Shown in pieces: positions 50,336 through 64,000 of a DNA stretch of 64,000 bases. The stretch's first letter is position 1; each line of letters begins with the position of its first letter. The stretch is from assembly GCA_951406725.2 (NCBI GenBank), contig OX597838.1, forward strand, positions 25,048,001 to 25,112,000. The letters are read 5' to 3'. A program made the position numbers and the translations under genes. The notes beneath the pieces were generated by a model. It was not told the origin of the DNA. It saw only the letters and a list, made by a program, of their open reading frames with translations, and ran no database searches. This stretch comes from Octopus vulgaris (lineage: Eukaryota).

Positions 50336-51449
50336 TTATGTATGTATATCTGTGCAGGTGTAGCTGTGTGGTAAGAAGCTTGCTTCCCAACTGCATGGTT
50401 CTAGGTTCAGTCCCACTACCTAGCACCTAGGGTAAGTGTTTTCAAATATAGCCCCAGATCGACCAAAGCTTCCTGAGTGGATCTGGTAGATGGAAACTGA
50501 AAGAAGCTTGTCATATACACACATACACATACACACACACACATATATATGTAGGTATATCTATGTGTGTGTTTCTGTCTGCATTTATCCTCCCCACCAC
50601 CACTTGACAACCAGTGTTGGTGTGTTTGTATCCCTATAACTTAGCAATTCGACAAAAGAGACTGATAGAATAAGTACCAAGTTTTAAAAGGAAGTATTTG
50701 GGTTGATTCATTCAACTAAAAATTCAAGGTAGTACCCCAGCATGGCCACAGTCTAATAACTGAAACAAGTAAAAGATAAATATATAAGATACATATGTAT
50801 GTATGTATTTATGTGTGTCTTTATATCTGTGCTTGTCACACCACCACTTCACAGCCGGTGTTGGTTTGTTTATGTCCCTCTCACACAGCAGTTCAGTAAA
50901 AGGAACCAACAGAACAAGTACCAGAGTTTAAAATAAATACTGGGTTCATTTTCATTTGATTAATCTCTTCAAGGCAGTGCTCCAGCATGGCCAAAGCCCA
51001 ATGACTGAAACAAGTAAAATAGATGACAAAAGATCTCGCCTCTGTCTCGTCTGTTTTTTTGTGCCTTTTGATGTTCCACAGATATTTCAATTGCTTAACA
51101 AGAGTAGCATTATTTATGATCTTGTTGGCAATTTTGCTATTTTACGGCTGGATGACCTTTACTATGGCTAATCACTCGACCGAGAAGTAGGTTGCATAAG
51201 AGAGTGGGCCTTAAGTTTTTTCTTCTGACTGAGCACTTTTGCTATGGATCAAGTAAGAAATTTTAAGATACATGAAAAGTAAAAAAAATTACTGAAATAC
51301 TTTTGAATGGAAAATAAATTAAAAAAAAAATATAAAAAATCGCTGAGACATTTCACATGGAATGTTGAAAAATACAAACAAACAAACCATTTTGAGGTTA
51401 AAAATTTAAAGGAAATATAAAAGGAAAAAAAATGCAATTTGATTTGTCC

Positions 51450-51502
<53 letters not shown>

Positions 51503-51711
51503 GTTTCAAATTTTTGCCACAAGGGCAGCTTGGGGGAGGATATTAAGTTGATTACATTGACCCCAGTGTTTCACTGGTACTTAATTTATCGACAATGAAA
51601 GGATGAAAGGCAAAGTCAACCTCAGCAGAATTTGAACTCAGAATGTAGTGACACATGAAATACTGTTCAGCATTTCGCCCGGAGTGCTAACGATTCTGCC
51701 AGCTAGTCGCC

Positions 51712-51749
<38 letters not shown>

Positions 51750-52135
51750 GGAATAATAAGGAAAGAAAACAATCTATGCTGGCTCATATATATAGCATGC
51801 CCAGCTGACAACAAGGTATGCGATAAGGAAGAAAGAAAAGTCGAGAAATATAACAGGTTAGCTTGGGAAGTTAGCTAGTTGTGGTCAATGAAAAAGGTAG
51901 CAGTCATACCAATAATTGTCGGAGCCCTGGGAACAGTGAGCAAGAATCTCAAGAAGTACATGGAACAAATAGGAGCTGCAACAAGGGTGGAGCACTTGCA
52001 GAAAACAGCACTGCTTGGAACCGCTCGAATACTCCTGAAGGTGCTCGAAAAATAAGGGGTGTTACCTTAGTTTACTGGTAGTGAACAGTTGACACCGTAG
52101 TACACCTCCAGTGTTAGAAGCTGTGCAAAGGCAAT
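51750..52135 (+). pseudogene. 5'-truncated R4/Dong LINE inserted in (TAA)n
   Basis: IACPADNKVCDKEERKVEKYNRLAWEVS*LWSMKKVAVIPIIVGALG...HLQKTALLGTARILLKVLEK* (stop 52053-52055). (TAA)n on both sides, the known Dong target. Confidence 0.9.
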
Positions 52136-53169
52136 AATAATAATGATGATGATTTCTTTTATTGGCCGCAAGGGCCCAAAACATTGAGAACAATATTAGA
52201 GGACAAGCTACAACGTACAAAAACAAGTGGGGTTTACATCAGTCAAAAGGAAACACCACCACATTAAAGGCTATAACTAAGGATATACAAATATAAATTA
52301 GAGAAATAAATAACCAATAAATAAACTAGTGAGACCCATGGAAATTCCATGGAATGGAAAAATTAAGAGGACCTATTTAAGTAAGAAAGGATGATTTGCA
52401 TTTTTATAGCCTTCATAGTTTGGCTTTCTTTAAAGATTTTGATTCTACATTCATTTCCTGATGTCTTGCTGTTCCTCTCTGATCCATGCTCCATGTCTGA
52501 ACATCCTTTCTCAACTTGCAATCGTGTTTCTTGTGAATCCAGAGTTTAGGATAAATTAACCCTTATAATCAAATATCAGTAAATTTCTATATTAACACCT
52601 GTGCAATTTTCACTAAGAAAAAAAAAACTCAGATTTTTTTGCCTCCCCCACACTTTTTTTCCAAACCAAAATAAGGGATTTGTAACATATTAGGAGGTCA
52701 GGGTACTTGATTCCATGTAAAAAAATCCGAGTTTTTTTTTCCTTAGTGAAAATTGTGTGGGTGTTAATATAGAAATTTACCCAAACATGAGTTTTTTTAA
52801 GCGAGCAGCCAATAAATAATTGCACTTAAGCGCATGCTTTCAGCGATGATCTGATCGCTATAAAAACAAAAATTAGTTTAAAAAACAAAAAATTTCACTA
52901 TCAACATACCACCACCACCACCACCATCGACCTCTTTCATTCTCTCACTCTTTCTCTCTCCCCTTCTCCCTCAATATAACTACCTCTCCTGTCCAGCTCT
53001 ATCTATCTTTCCATTCAGCTAAATTTGTGACCATGTAAAAGTATTTTTTCCCCACCCCACAGCACTTCCTTAATACTCCTTGCTCCCTCTTTTTCTCTTG
53101 TCTTTTTCTCTCCTTCTTCACCTCTACCTTCAGCTAACCACATGACCATTTCTCTTCTTTCTTCGCTCC

Positions 53170-54185
53170 TAATTTATCGACCCCCAAAAGGATGAATGGC
53201 AAAATCGACTTCAGTAGAATTTGAACTTAGAACATGGTAACAGGCGAAATACCGCTAAGCATGCTAATGTTTCTGCCAGCTCGCCATCTTAACCCTTTAG
53301 TGTTCACATTATTCTGCTAAAATTAATGCTTCTTTATTCACATTGTTTTGAGCTAATCATGCATTATCTTGTAGCTATGAGATTTTGATGAGGTAGCTGT
53401 TAATTTTTAAAACAATATTGTAGGGTTGGTGTGAGAGACCAGATCTGGCCAGTTTGAACATAAAACAGGCAGAATACTTTTGGCCGGATATGGCCGGTTT
53501 AAATGCTAAAGGGTTAATGATAATAATAGTAGTAATCGTTTCTACTATATGTACAAGGCCTGAAATTTATTGGGGGGAGGGTAAGTCAATAACATTAACC
53601 ACAGTGTTCAACTGGTACTTATTTCACCAACCCCCAAACAATGAAAGGAAAAGTTGACCTAGGCAGAATTTGAACTCAGAAAGTAAAGATAAATGAAATA
53701 TCGTGTAGCATTTTGTCCAGCACGCTAATAAGAATGAGAACAATAATGGTTTCAAATTTTGGCACCAGGCCAGCAATTAGAAAGGGAGGGGTAAATAGAT
53801 TACATCAATCTCAGTGATCAACTGGTACTTTTTTTATCAACCCTGAAAGGAAGAAAAGCAGAGTCAAACCTTGGCAGGATTCGAACCCAGAACATGACAG
53901 ACGAAATGTCGTTAAGCATTTTGCCTGGTGTGCTAACGATTCTGCCAGCTCACCACCTTAGCAATAAAATGATGATTTCAAATTTTGGCACAAGGCCAGT
54001 AATATAAGGGGAGGGGGTAATTCGATTACATTGACCCCAGTACTTAAGTCGTACTTATTTTATCGACCCCAAATAGATGAAAGGCAAAGACAACTGCAGC
54101 GGGGTTTGAACTCGAAACATAATGATAGAGAAAATGCCACTAAGCATTTTGTTCAGAGTGCTAACAATTCTGCCTGCTCACTGCC

Positions 54186-54280
<95 letters not shown>

Positions 54281-54702
54281 AATAATAATAATAATCTTTT
54301 CTACTCTAGGCACTGCCTAAAATCTTTGGGGAGGGGGTGCCAGTCGATTAGATCTCCAGAATGCAACTGGTACTTAATTCATCGACCCCCAAAAGGATAA
54401 AAGGCAAAGTCAACCGTGGCGGAATTTGAACTCAGAACATAAAGACAGGCGAAATGCCGCTAAGCATTTCACCTGCCGTGCTAACATTTCTGCAAGCTCA
54501 CTGCCTTATAATAATAATAATAAAAATCCTTTCTATTATAGCCACAAGGCCTGTAATTTTGGGGGAGGTGGGGGCATTTGATTAGATCGACCCCAGTATG
54601 CAACTGGTACTTAATTTATAGACCTTAAAAGGCTGAAAGGCAAAGTCGACCATGGCAGAATTTCGCCCGGCATGCTAACGTTTCTGCCAGTTCACTGCCT
54701 TT

Positions 54703-54748
<46 letters not shown>

Positions 54749-55285
54749 ATGCCCTGATGCAGTACCAGGCAGTGGCTCTCATAGCTTCTGATCTTAACTG
54801 ATAGGAAGTGTTATCATGTTGTTTTTTGTTTTGGTATAAAAGATGGGCTACAGCAAATATTCTGCTCAATACCACAGATTTGCTTGTCAGTTGTTTGACC
54901 TTAACCAGTTGACCGTGTCCCTTGGTGGTTGACGATATGTGCATCTCTGATCACGAGCAGAAGTAAAGGGGGAGCATCCTAGCCATGTGTCGAAATGAAT
55001 TCTTTGGAGTTTGGATAATTCACTTTTGGAAACATGGATGTTTTGTTCATCATCTTTAAACGACCCTTATTCAGGGAAATTTTGAGTGGGATGGGCTACT
55101 CGACTTGAAGAAAATTCTAACTGAGTCCCTCCTAAAAGGTCATGCACTGCTTATCTTGATATGAGATCACCATGTCACACACATATGGTTGTGATGTATG
55201 TGCCTGGTGAACCCTTATCAGATGGATAGTCATGATAGGTATACTGGGCTGTGTATATTTGTACCCCAGTGTCACTTTGAAAGAA

Positions 55286-55346
<61 letters not shown>

Positions 55347-55548
55347 GTTTCAAATTTTGGCACAAGGCCAGCAACTTTGGTGGGAAGAGATAAGTCAATT
55401 ACATTGAAACTGGTACTTATTTTATCGACCCCGAATGGATGGAAGGCAAGACAACTGCAGTGGAATTTGAACTTGGAATGTAAAGTTGGACGAAATACCA
55501 GTAGGCGTTTTGTGCAGTACAGTAACAATCCTGCCAGCTCACCACCTT
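53170..55548 (-). mobile_element. Cluster of about seven co-oriented SINE B copies with (TAA)n/(GAT)n spacers
   Basis: Copies near 53170, 53537, 53748, 53975, 54296, 54527 and 55345. Confidence 0.85.
53293..53513. mobile_element. piggyBac-type MITE
   Basis: TTAA-CCCTTTAG...CTAAAGGG-TTAA. A partial copy lies at about 16090-16198. Confidence 0.88.
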
Positions 55549-56689
55549 GATGATGATGATGATGATGATGATGATGACGAAGACGATGATGATGATGATG
55601 AGATGATGATAATGATGATGAGGATAGTAATAATAATTTCTTTTGTCTGCCACCAGGGTAATGGTTGAAGAGACAATACAAAAACAGACAGACATAAAGG
55701 GCAGGGATCTGCACAGAATGGAATGATAAGAAAAAATTAAATGCAAGTGTACATTAATAATAATAATGATAATAATAATGATAATGATGATGATGATGAT
55801 GATGTTGTTGATGATGATGGTGATGGTGATGATTCCAGAAGTGCTAATTTTCCAGGGCAGGGGATGAGAAAAACTAAATATGAAATAATTGAAGATATGA
55901 ATAAATTGTGGGAGAGGGGGAGAGAGGGGGGAGAGGGGAGGGTGAAAGAGAGAGAGAGAGAGATGGGTGGGGGTCCAGAGTGTAATGAATGAGTGCAAAG
56001 TAAGAGTAATGTGAAGAAGAAAAAAAGATGAGGAAATGGATAGACAGGTGAGGTTGAGGGGGGGGAGCAGATTAAGGTAGGTCGGGTGGAATGGAATGAA
56101 ATGATGGGGTAGCTTGGAGGTGGGGTGGGGTGATGGAAATGAAGTAAGGGAAGCAGAAAGAAAAGGAGAGAGAAGGAGAGATGGTAAGATGGCCAAGGAG
56201 AGGAAATAGAGAAAGGATAGAATGGTAGCGGGTGGAGGAATTTAGGTGCGATAGTGTAATTATGGTGGTGGTGGTGGTGAGGGGGAAGCTGTTATTAAGA
56301 TGAGACAGGGGTGTGTCTCGTGTTAGAGTTTAATCACTCACAGTCTAGGGCTGGCGGGAGGGAGGTACAGGTGATGGGAAGCTGGGGATGGCGGGGGGGG
56401 GGGGGGGTTAGCAGGGAACAGTTCTGTAGTTTTTTTTGTTTTGCATTGTTTTGTTTTGTTTTTGTGATGGTGATGATGATGATGATAGTGGTGGCGGTGG
56501 CGGTGGTGGTGGAGGTAGTGTTTTTAAATGATTGTAAAGTGTTGTGGTGGTGGTGATGATGATGATGATGATGATGATGATAATTATAACAATGTGAGAA
56601 ATAAGAATGGCAAACACAAAAACAAATTCCGAGAATTGGTAATAGCTATGAATGTGATGAAGATGAGGAGGATGAAGATGAAGAGGATA

Positions 56690-57185
56690 ACGATGATGGT
56701 GATGTGTTGAGGATGATAGTGACGACGATGATGATGATGATTAACATGATGATGACAATAATGACAATGATGATGACAATGATGATGACAACAACGATGA
56801 CGATGATGATGATGACAATAATGATGATGCTACTGCTGCTGCTGTTGAAGATGACGACGACGATGATGATGACAACAGCAATGATGACGACAACAACGAT
56901 GATGACGATAATGATGATGCTACTGCTGTTGACGATGATGATGATAACAACAACAACGATGATGATGATGATGACAATAATGATGATGCTACTGCTGCTG
57001 CTGTTGCCGATGACGACGACGACGATGACGATGATGATGACGACAACAGCAATGATGACGACAACAACGATGATGACGACAACAACGATGATGACGATAA
57101 TGATGATGCTACTGCTGCTGACGATGATGATGATAACAACGATGATGATGATGATGATGATGATGATAATGATGACAGCAAAAAT
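56690..57185. repeat. (GAT/GAC/AAC)n low-complexity tract with higher-order repeats
   Basis: ATAATGATGATGCTACTGCTG recurs four times. Confidence 0.9.
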
Positions 57186-57461
57186 GGTGTTGATGGAGGA
57201 GATAGTGGCGTTGGTCGTGGCGTTGGTGCCAGTGAATGTGAAGCAGTTGAGATCCCAACAAGATACACAACTGTTGGTATGGCAGCAAAATAACTAAAAC
57301 AAGGAATGCCATAGTGCTGTTGTTGCTGTTGTTGTTGTTGTTGCTGATCACGTTGATACTGTTTAGCCCCAGGAAAGGCCTGACTTAGAAAGCCTGTTAG
57401 CAAAAGCATTCCAGCAATGCACATCCCATCTTATTTATTTACTTATTTTTTTATTTACAAA

Positions 57462-58070
57462 TAGGCACAGGAGTGGCTGTGTGGTAAGTAGCTTGCTTAC
57501 AAACCACATGGTTCTGGGTGCGGTCCCACTGCATGGCACCTTGGCTAAGTGTCTTCTACTATAGCCTCGGGTCAACCAAAGACTTGTGAGTGGCTTCGGT
57601 AGACGGAAACTGAAGGAAGCCCATCATATATATATATATGCGTATAAGAAGGGATGCCCACTAAGTGGACATCCAATATGATCTACTTCTAGCATATTTG
57701 ATGCCCGCTTAGTGGTCATCCCTTCTTATACACATGTTATAAAATTTTTCTGAATTTTCAGATTTTTCTATATGCTAAGCTACTGGTTTTAAATTAATGT
57801 TAATTAAATTAATATTCAATTTATCACCCTCATTATTTAAATTTTATATGTGTGTGTGTGTGTGTGTGTCTGTGTTTGTCCCCACAACATCGCTTGACAA
57901 CCAATGCTGGTGTGTTTACGTCCCCATCACTCAGCGGTTCATCAAGAGAGACCGATAGAATAAGTACTAGGCTTATAAAGAATAAATCCTGGGGTCGATG
58001 TGCTTGACTAAAGGCGGTGCTCCAGCATGGCCGCAGTCAAAGGACTGAAACAAATAAAAGAATAAAGGAA
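57462..58070 (+). mobile_element. SINE A with a foreign hairpin-bearing insert (57643 to about 57848) in its central microsatellite
   Basis: Head at 57462-57625 and 3' half from about 57850. Confidence 0.85.
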
Positions 58071-58527
58071 TATCATGCATCTTTAAGATGGTCACATGTG
58101 ATCCTAGGGAAATTCGTGGCTGCTATTTCTAGCAAGTCAAGCAACCGAGTAGTGTTGCTAGTAATGTCATTTGGCCTTAAGTCATACCTGATTAAATAGA
58201 CCCATGATCAAAGACACTCCATGCATGACCGTACCAACTTTCTCCCATGTGCAAGGATGGGGTGATGGTGGGTCAGGTCGATGATAAAAGTAAAGACTAT
58301 AGTGATGATGATGACGATGATGATGACAATGATGATGATGATGACGATGATGATGATGAGGATGCTTATATCAATAATAAAGATGATGATGATGGTGATT
58401 ATGATGATGATGATGATGATGATGGTAACGATGATCGTGATGACAACTGATGATATCCTCAATGTGTAGGCAGAACTGTGATGACAACAATAAAGATGTT
58501 GTTTAGAACAGTCATAACACTGGTAAC

Positions 58528-58604
<77 letters not shown>

Positions 58605-59638
58605 CAGCAGCAGCAGCAGTAGAAATGGTAATGGAACTGGTGGTAACAGTAGTGTTAGTGGTAGTAATGATGGGAGGGATCTAGTAGTGGTGGCGGCAGC
58701 GCAGCGGCAGTGGTGGTGACGATGGTGGCTGTGGCAGCGGCAGCAGCAGCAGCAGCTGAAGCAGTTGATGGGTGGTGTTGGTATTAGTTGTGGTGGTAGT
58801 AGTAACGGTGGTAGTGGTGGTGGTGGTGTTAGTGGTGGTAATAATTGTAGCATAGTGATGTTGCTGTTAGTAGAGGGTCGATAGGTGTAGGGGGGACATT
58901 GGTGAGATGGTGAAACCCTAAGTGGTGATGGGAACGCGGGGGGAGGGGGAAGGGAGGGAGACAGAGAGAGAAGTGACAGTAAAACGCAATGACGACGATG
59001 ATGATGATGATGGTGGTGGTGGTGGTGGTGATGATGGTGATGATGGTGGCGGTGATGATGATGATTGATGGTGGTTGTGGTGATGGTGGTGGTGGTGATG
59101 ATGATAGTTGATAATGATGGTGATGATGCTGATGTTGATGATGGCTGATGATGATGGTGGCGGTGGTGGTGGTGGTGGTGATGATGGTGGTGATGATAAT
59201 GATGATGATGATGATGAACAGTTACCATATCTGAGCGAATGGAGACGGGCTGGGAGAGAGAGCTATATGGATGGATCTCTGTTATGCAATGATAGTTCCG
59301 AGATCAATAGGGCAAACGGATTGGAGAGCAAAGTAAAGTATTGAAGACGTCACTATGACAACGGAGAATAATATTCCGCCTGGTCCTCCTTCTTCTTCTT
59401 CTTCGTCCTCTTCTCCTTCATCTCCCTCCATCTTGTCGCCGTCTCCACTTGCAGCACCCTCTGCCACCACCACCAGCACCAGCACCACCACCATAACAAC
59501 AACAACTACAAGTACCACTGTCACCGCCGCCATCACCACTTACAGTCCTGGCCACCTCTTCAACTAAAAATCCCACAATTCTAATCACCATCAACAATGC
59601 TACTTTAATCAACACGGCGTTGAGACATTTATTGAAAT

Positions 59639-60960
<1,322 letters not shown>

Positions 60961-61349
60961 CACATACATATACATGTATGTATTTATATATGTCTAACTC
61001 TAAAGTGATTTTGGAGTTACGGACTCCAGCCAGAATAAATGGTATTAACAGTAAAAGAATCCAAGCTAGTTGGGTCCTATTTAGTTTCTGTGCAGCCAAA
61101 TGAAGTTGCATGCATCTGCAGAGATATACAGAATTAATTAACCAATGATGTTGATTAAGATAAGCGCAGGAAAAGAACCAGGTTGCATGTCACACAGCAA
61201 AGCACAAACTTGTTATAATTGTTTGCAAGAAGGTGGTGTTGGGGAGGTTGAAAGAAACAAGACAATCCAATAGGACTATCCAATTATGTTACACTGTTAA
61301 ACAATGAGAGTATTTAAGCAATGTGTTCATGGATAGTTAAACAGGTTGG

Positions 61350-61397
61350 ATGTGGCACTGATGAAAGAGCAATAACTCTCGAAATATGTATATACAC
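61350..61397 (+). ncRNA. Degenerate hammerhead-ribozyme-like motif
   Basis: CTGATGA at 61358-61364, stem AGAG/CTCT with an A-C mismatch at its base, GAAA at 61381-61384, then TATGTA. Confidence 0.4.
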
Positions 61398-61520
61398 TCA
61401 AAACCAATTTTCTTTTCTATCTTTGATCACATTGCTTACATAGAGGTATTCATTTAGGAAACATCATAATTCGCAGTGCTGACCCTGAATTTTATATAAA
61501 ATCTACGGAGATAAATTTAA

Positions 61521-62265
61521 CACTAGAAGTACTGAGTGGTCGTTTATGACTGCTTTTGCTTTTTAACTTTTTAATTTCTACGACTGTATTGAATGTGCAA
61601 TCATGAGCATCATTTCATATATATCTTCATCATCATCGTTTAACATCCGTTTTCCATGCTAGCATGGGTTGGACGATTTGACCGGGGGTCTGGGAAGCCA
61701 GGAGGCTGCACCAGGCTCCAGTCTGATCTGGCAGTGTTTCTACAGCTGGATGCCCTTCCTAACGCCAACCACTCCATTTTCGATGCCAGTCAGAAATGAC
61801 TGCTATGGTCCTTGTAGGACGTAAGAACTGTTGGTATTTCTAGTGTTATCAATGAGAAGCTGTCCACTGACAATTATCTCACTTGACCTACATTGTCATT
61901 TGAACATTGACCACTAAAAGTGGATGGTCAATATGCTAGATATAGACGTCAAAATCGCTATTTTCCACGAAGAATGTGGAAAAAAATATATATATATATA
62001 TATATAGTGTAGTGGAGGCTTTTTACGTGCCACCAGCACAGGTACCAGGGGAGGATGGCAGTGACTACGATCGGTTGGTGCTTTTTGTGTATATATTTTT
62101 TTTTATTGTATGTAAATAAATGCTAAAAGACTGTATTTTCAAATCCTTTATTCACTACATTAGCTTATATTTAAAATAATTTGTATTAAATAAAGATTTT
62201 CGATGCCAATCAGAAATGACTGCTATGGTCCTTGTAGGACATAAGAACTGTTAGTACTTCTAGTG
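61521..62265. mobile_element. piggyBac-like element with nested insertions
   Basis: TTAA-CACTAGAAGTACT...AGTACTTCTAGTG-TTAT: 13-bp TIR with an imperfect TTAA TSD. Confidence 0.6.
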
Positions 62266-62742
62266 TTATCAATGAGAAGCTGTCCACTGACGATTATCTC
62301 ACTTGACCTACATTGTCATTGGAACATTGAGCAATCAACCACAAATAGAATAAAGAGGCAAATCACATTCTTGTTCATACTGATTTAATAAAAAGTGAGA
62401 TTGCCCTTCTTACTCGCCACTTGAATGTGTCTTTAAGCTTTTTTTTTTTTTTAGCTTTATTGCTTCATTGAATCCAATACAATGCCAGTGTTTGATACAC
62501 TAATCTAGGGCATAATCTGTTGTTTTGTCAATTGTAAAGCAGTGGAGCGTGTCAAAAGAATAAGGGAGCATTTGTATAACTTTCAGTATTGTAATGTAGT
62601 TGACTATCAATTTACTCCTAAAACCACATCCTGGCATAATGATATACGGCTTTTTTTTGTTTTACTTGTTTCACACACTAACACTGATTGTTGAGAGCTA
62701 ATAGAGGACAGGCATAAAAGACACACACATATGTGTGTGTGC

Positions 62743-62776
<34 letters not shown>

Positions 62777-62985
62777 ATAATAAATATATATATATATATA
62801 TGTATATATATTCCACATTCTTCGTGGAAAATAGCGATTTTGACGTCTATATCTAGCATATTGACCGTCCACTTTTAGCGGTCAGTCCTTTAAATTTTGT
62901 ATGTAAAAATATTTTAATCTTCGGATTTCTTTAATATGCAAGACCACTGGTTTTAATTGATTAATATCAATTTCTACCCTTATTC

Positions 62986-63050
<65 letters not shown>

Positions 63051-63559
63051 AAATTGTTTATAATTTTCGCCTTTAAAGGTATTTTAATATGCTGCCACTT
63101 TGATGAAATTGTTTTTGCAAAAAAATGTTATCCTATATTAGAAGTATATATATAATATATAGATAGATAAAACTTATTTGGAAAAGGATGTGTGGCGTTC
63201 GATCATATAATAACATAAATAATATATACATCTGTGCATATATACATAATATATAATATATAAATATATGCATATATATAAAACGTGGAATATATGAAAC
63301 AGGGACAACTGAAGAAGGGAAATATTCTTTATTTCGCATGTCTTGTTTCTCTGTTTGCTTTTTTCGTCGTTCGAAAAAAAGTTCAATTCTATGTTTTTGT
63401 TTCTCATTGTGTTCAATGATTTTTTGATGTCCTGCACCCATATATGCATATATATATATACATATATATGTAGGTATGTACATATATGTATATATGCATA
63501 TATTTATATATTATTAATATTTTTTATATATTATATATATATATATATATAAATGTATG

Positions 63560-63598
<39 letters not shown>

Positions 63599-64000
63599 GG
63601 GCCAAAACAGCTTGATTCAAATTTGTTGGTACGCTTGAGTTTCAAGCGTGATGCTAGTCGTCAGCCATTTTGAATTTGAATAAGAGAAATTGATTGTTAT
63701 TACTGTAAGGTAAGCTATGATTGGTCGAGGGAGGCCATGCAATGTCATGGTTTGAGTTAGCTGGAGGATACAGCATGGTGAACAGGAAATAGACCATGTG
63801 GTGGACAGGAAATAGACCATGTGGTGATTAGGAAATTGGTCAAGTTATTGGCAGCGGAAAAGTAGAAAGGGGCGGCATGTGCAAGTATATAGTTCTATAT
63901 GTGGGTGTGTAGATGCACTCATTTGGTTTTGAATGCATGTGTGTATTCATGCGAGCATGCACATCTGTACATGGGTGCACACGTGCACATCTGCACACAC

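Noticed and set aside
56704-57297. Met-rich 197-aa ORF, superficially reflectin-like
   Set aside because: Pure (GAT)n-derived M/T/L runs lacking the reflectin motif and its Tyr, Arg and Trp content.
63281-63335. CTGAAGA near GAAAC as a possible hammerhead
   Set aside because: No GAAA follows the putative stem II and the stems cannot be drawn.

Overview
AT-rich, microsatellite-saturated animal genomic DNA. The SINE repertoire looks like an octopod cephalopod (Octopus-like; recognised from memory, not database-checked). Most of the window is interspersed repeats and simple repeats. There are at least four tRNA-headed SINE families, labelled A, B, D and E here, plus an RTE-LINE 3' tail family, C. 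LINE-type remnants include RTE and R4/Dong fragments and Penelope-like GIY-YIG and hammerhead-like pieces. DNA-transposon remnants include Tc1/mariner, hAT, piggyBac-like and Helitron elements. Nearly all long ORFs in the track are microsatellite or SINE artefacts, and no intact recognisable host protein domain is present. The window looks like intronic or upstream sequence of a large gene. Motif-only candidates for that gene lie on the minus strand: two short phase-2 start exons (48287-48297, 40224-40255) and a possible 3-nt microexon (7303-7305). The most notable structures are four hammerhead-core motifs, a two-template templated insertion (61776-62005), a SINE multimer inside one TSD, (TAA)n-nucleated SINE/Dong clusters and many close inverted SINE pairs. 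I cannot support a claim of a wholly new system; the findings are leads to test.
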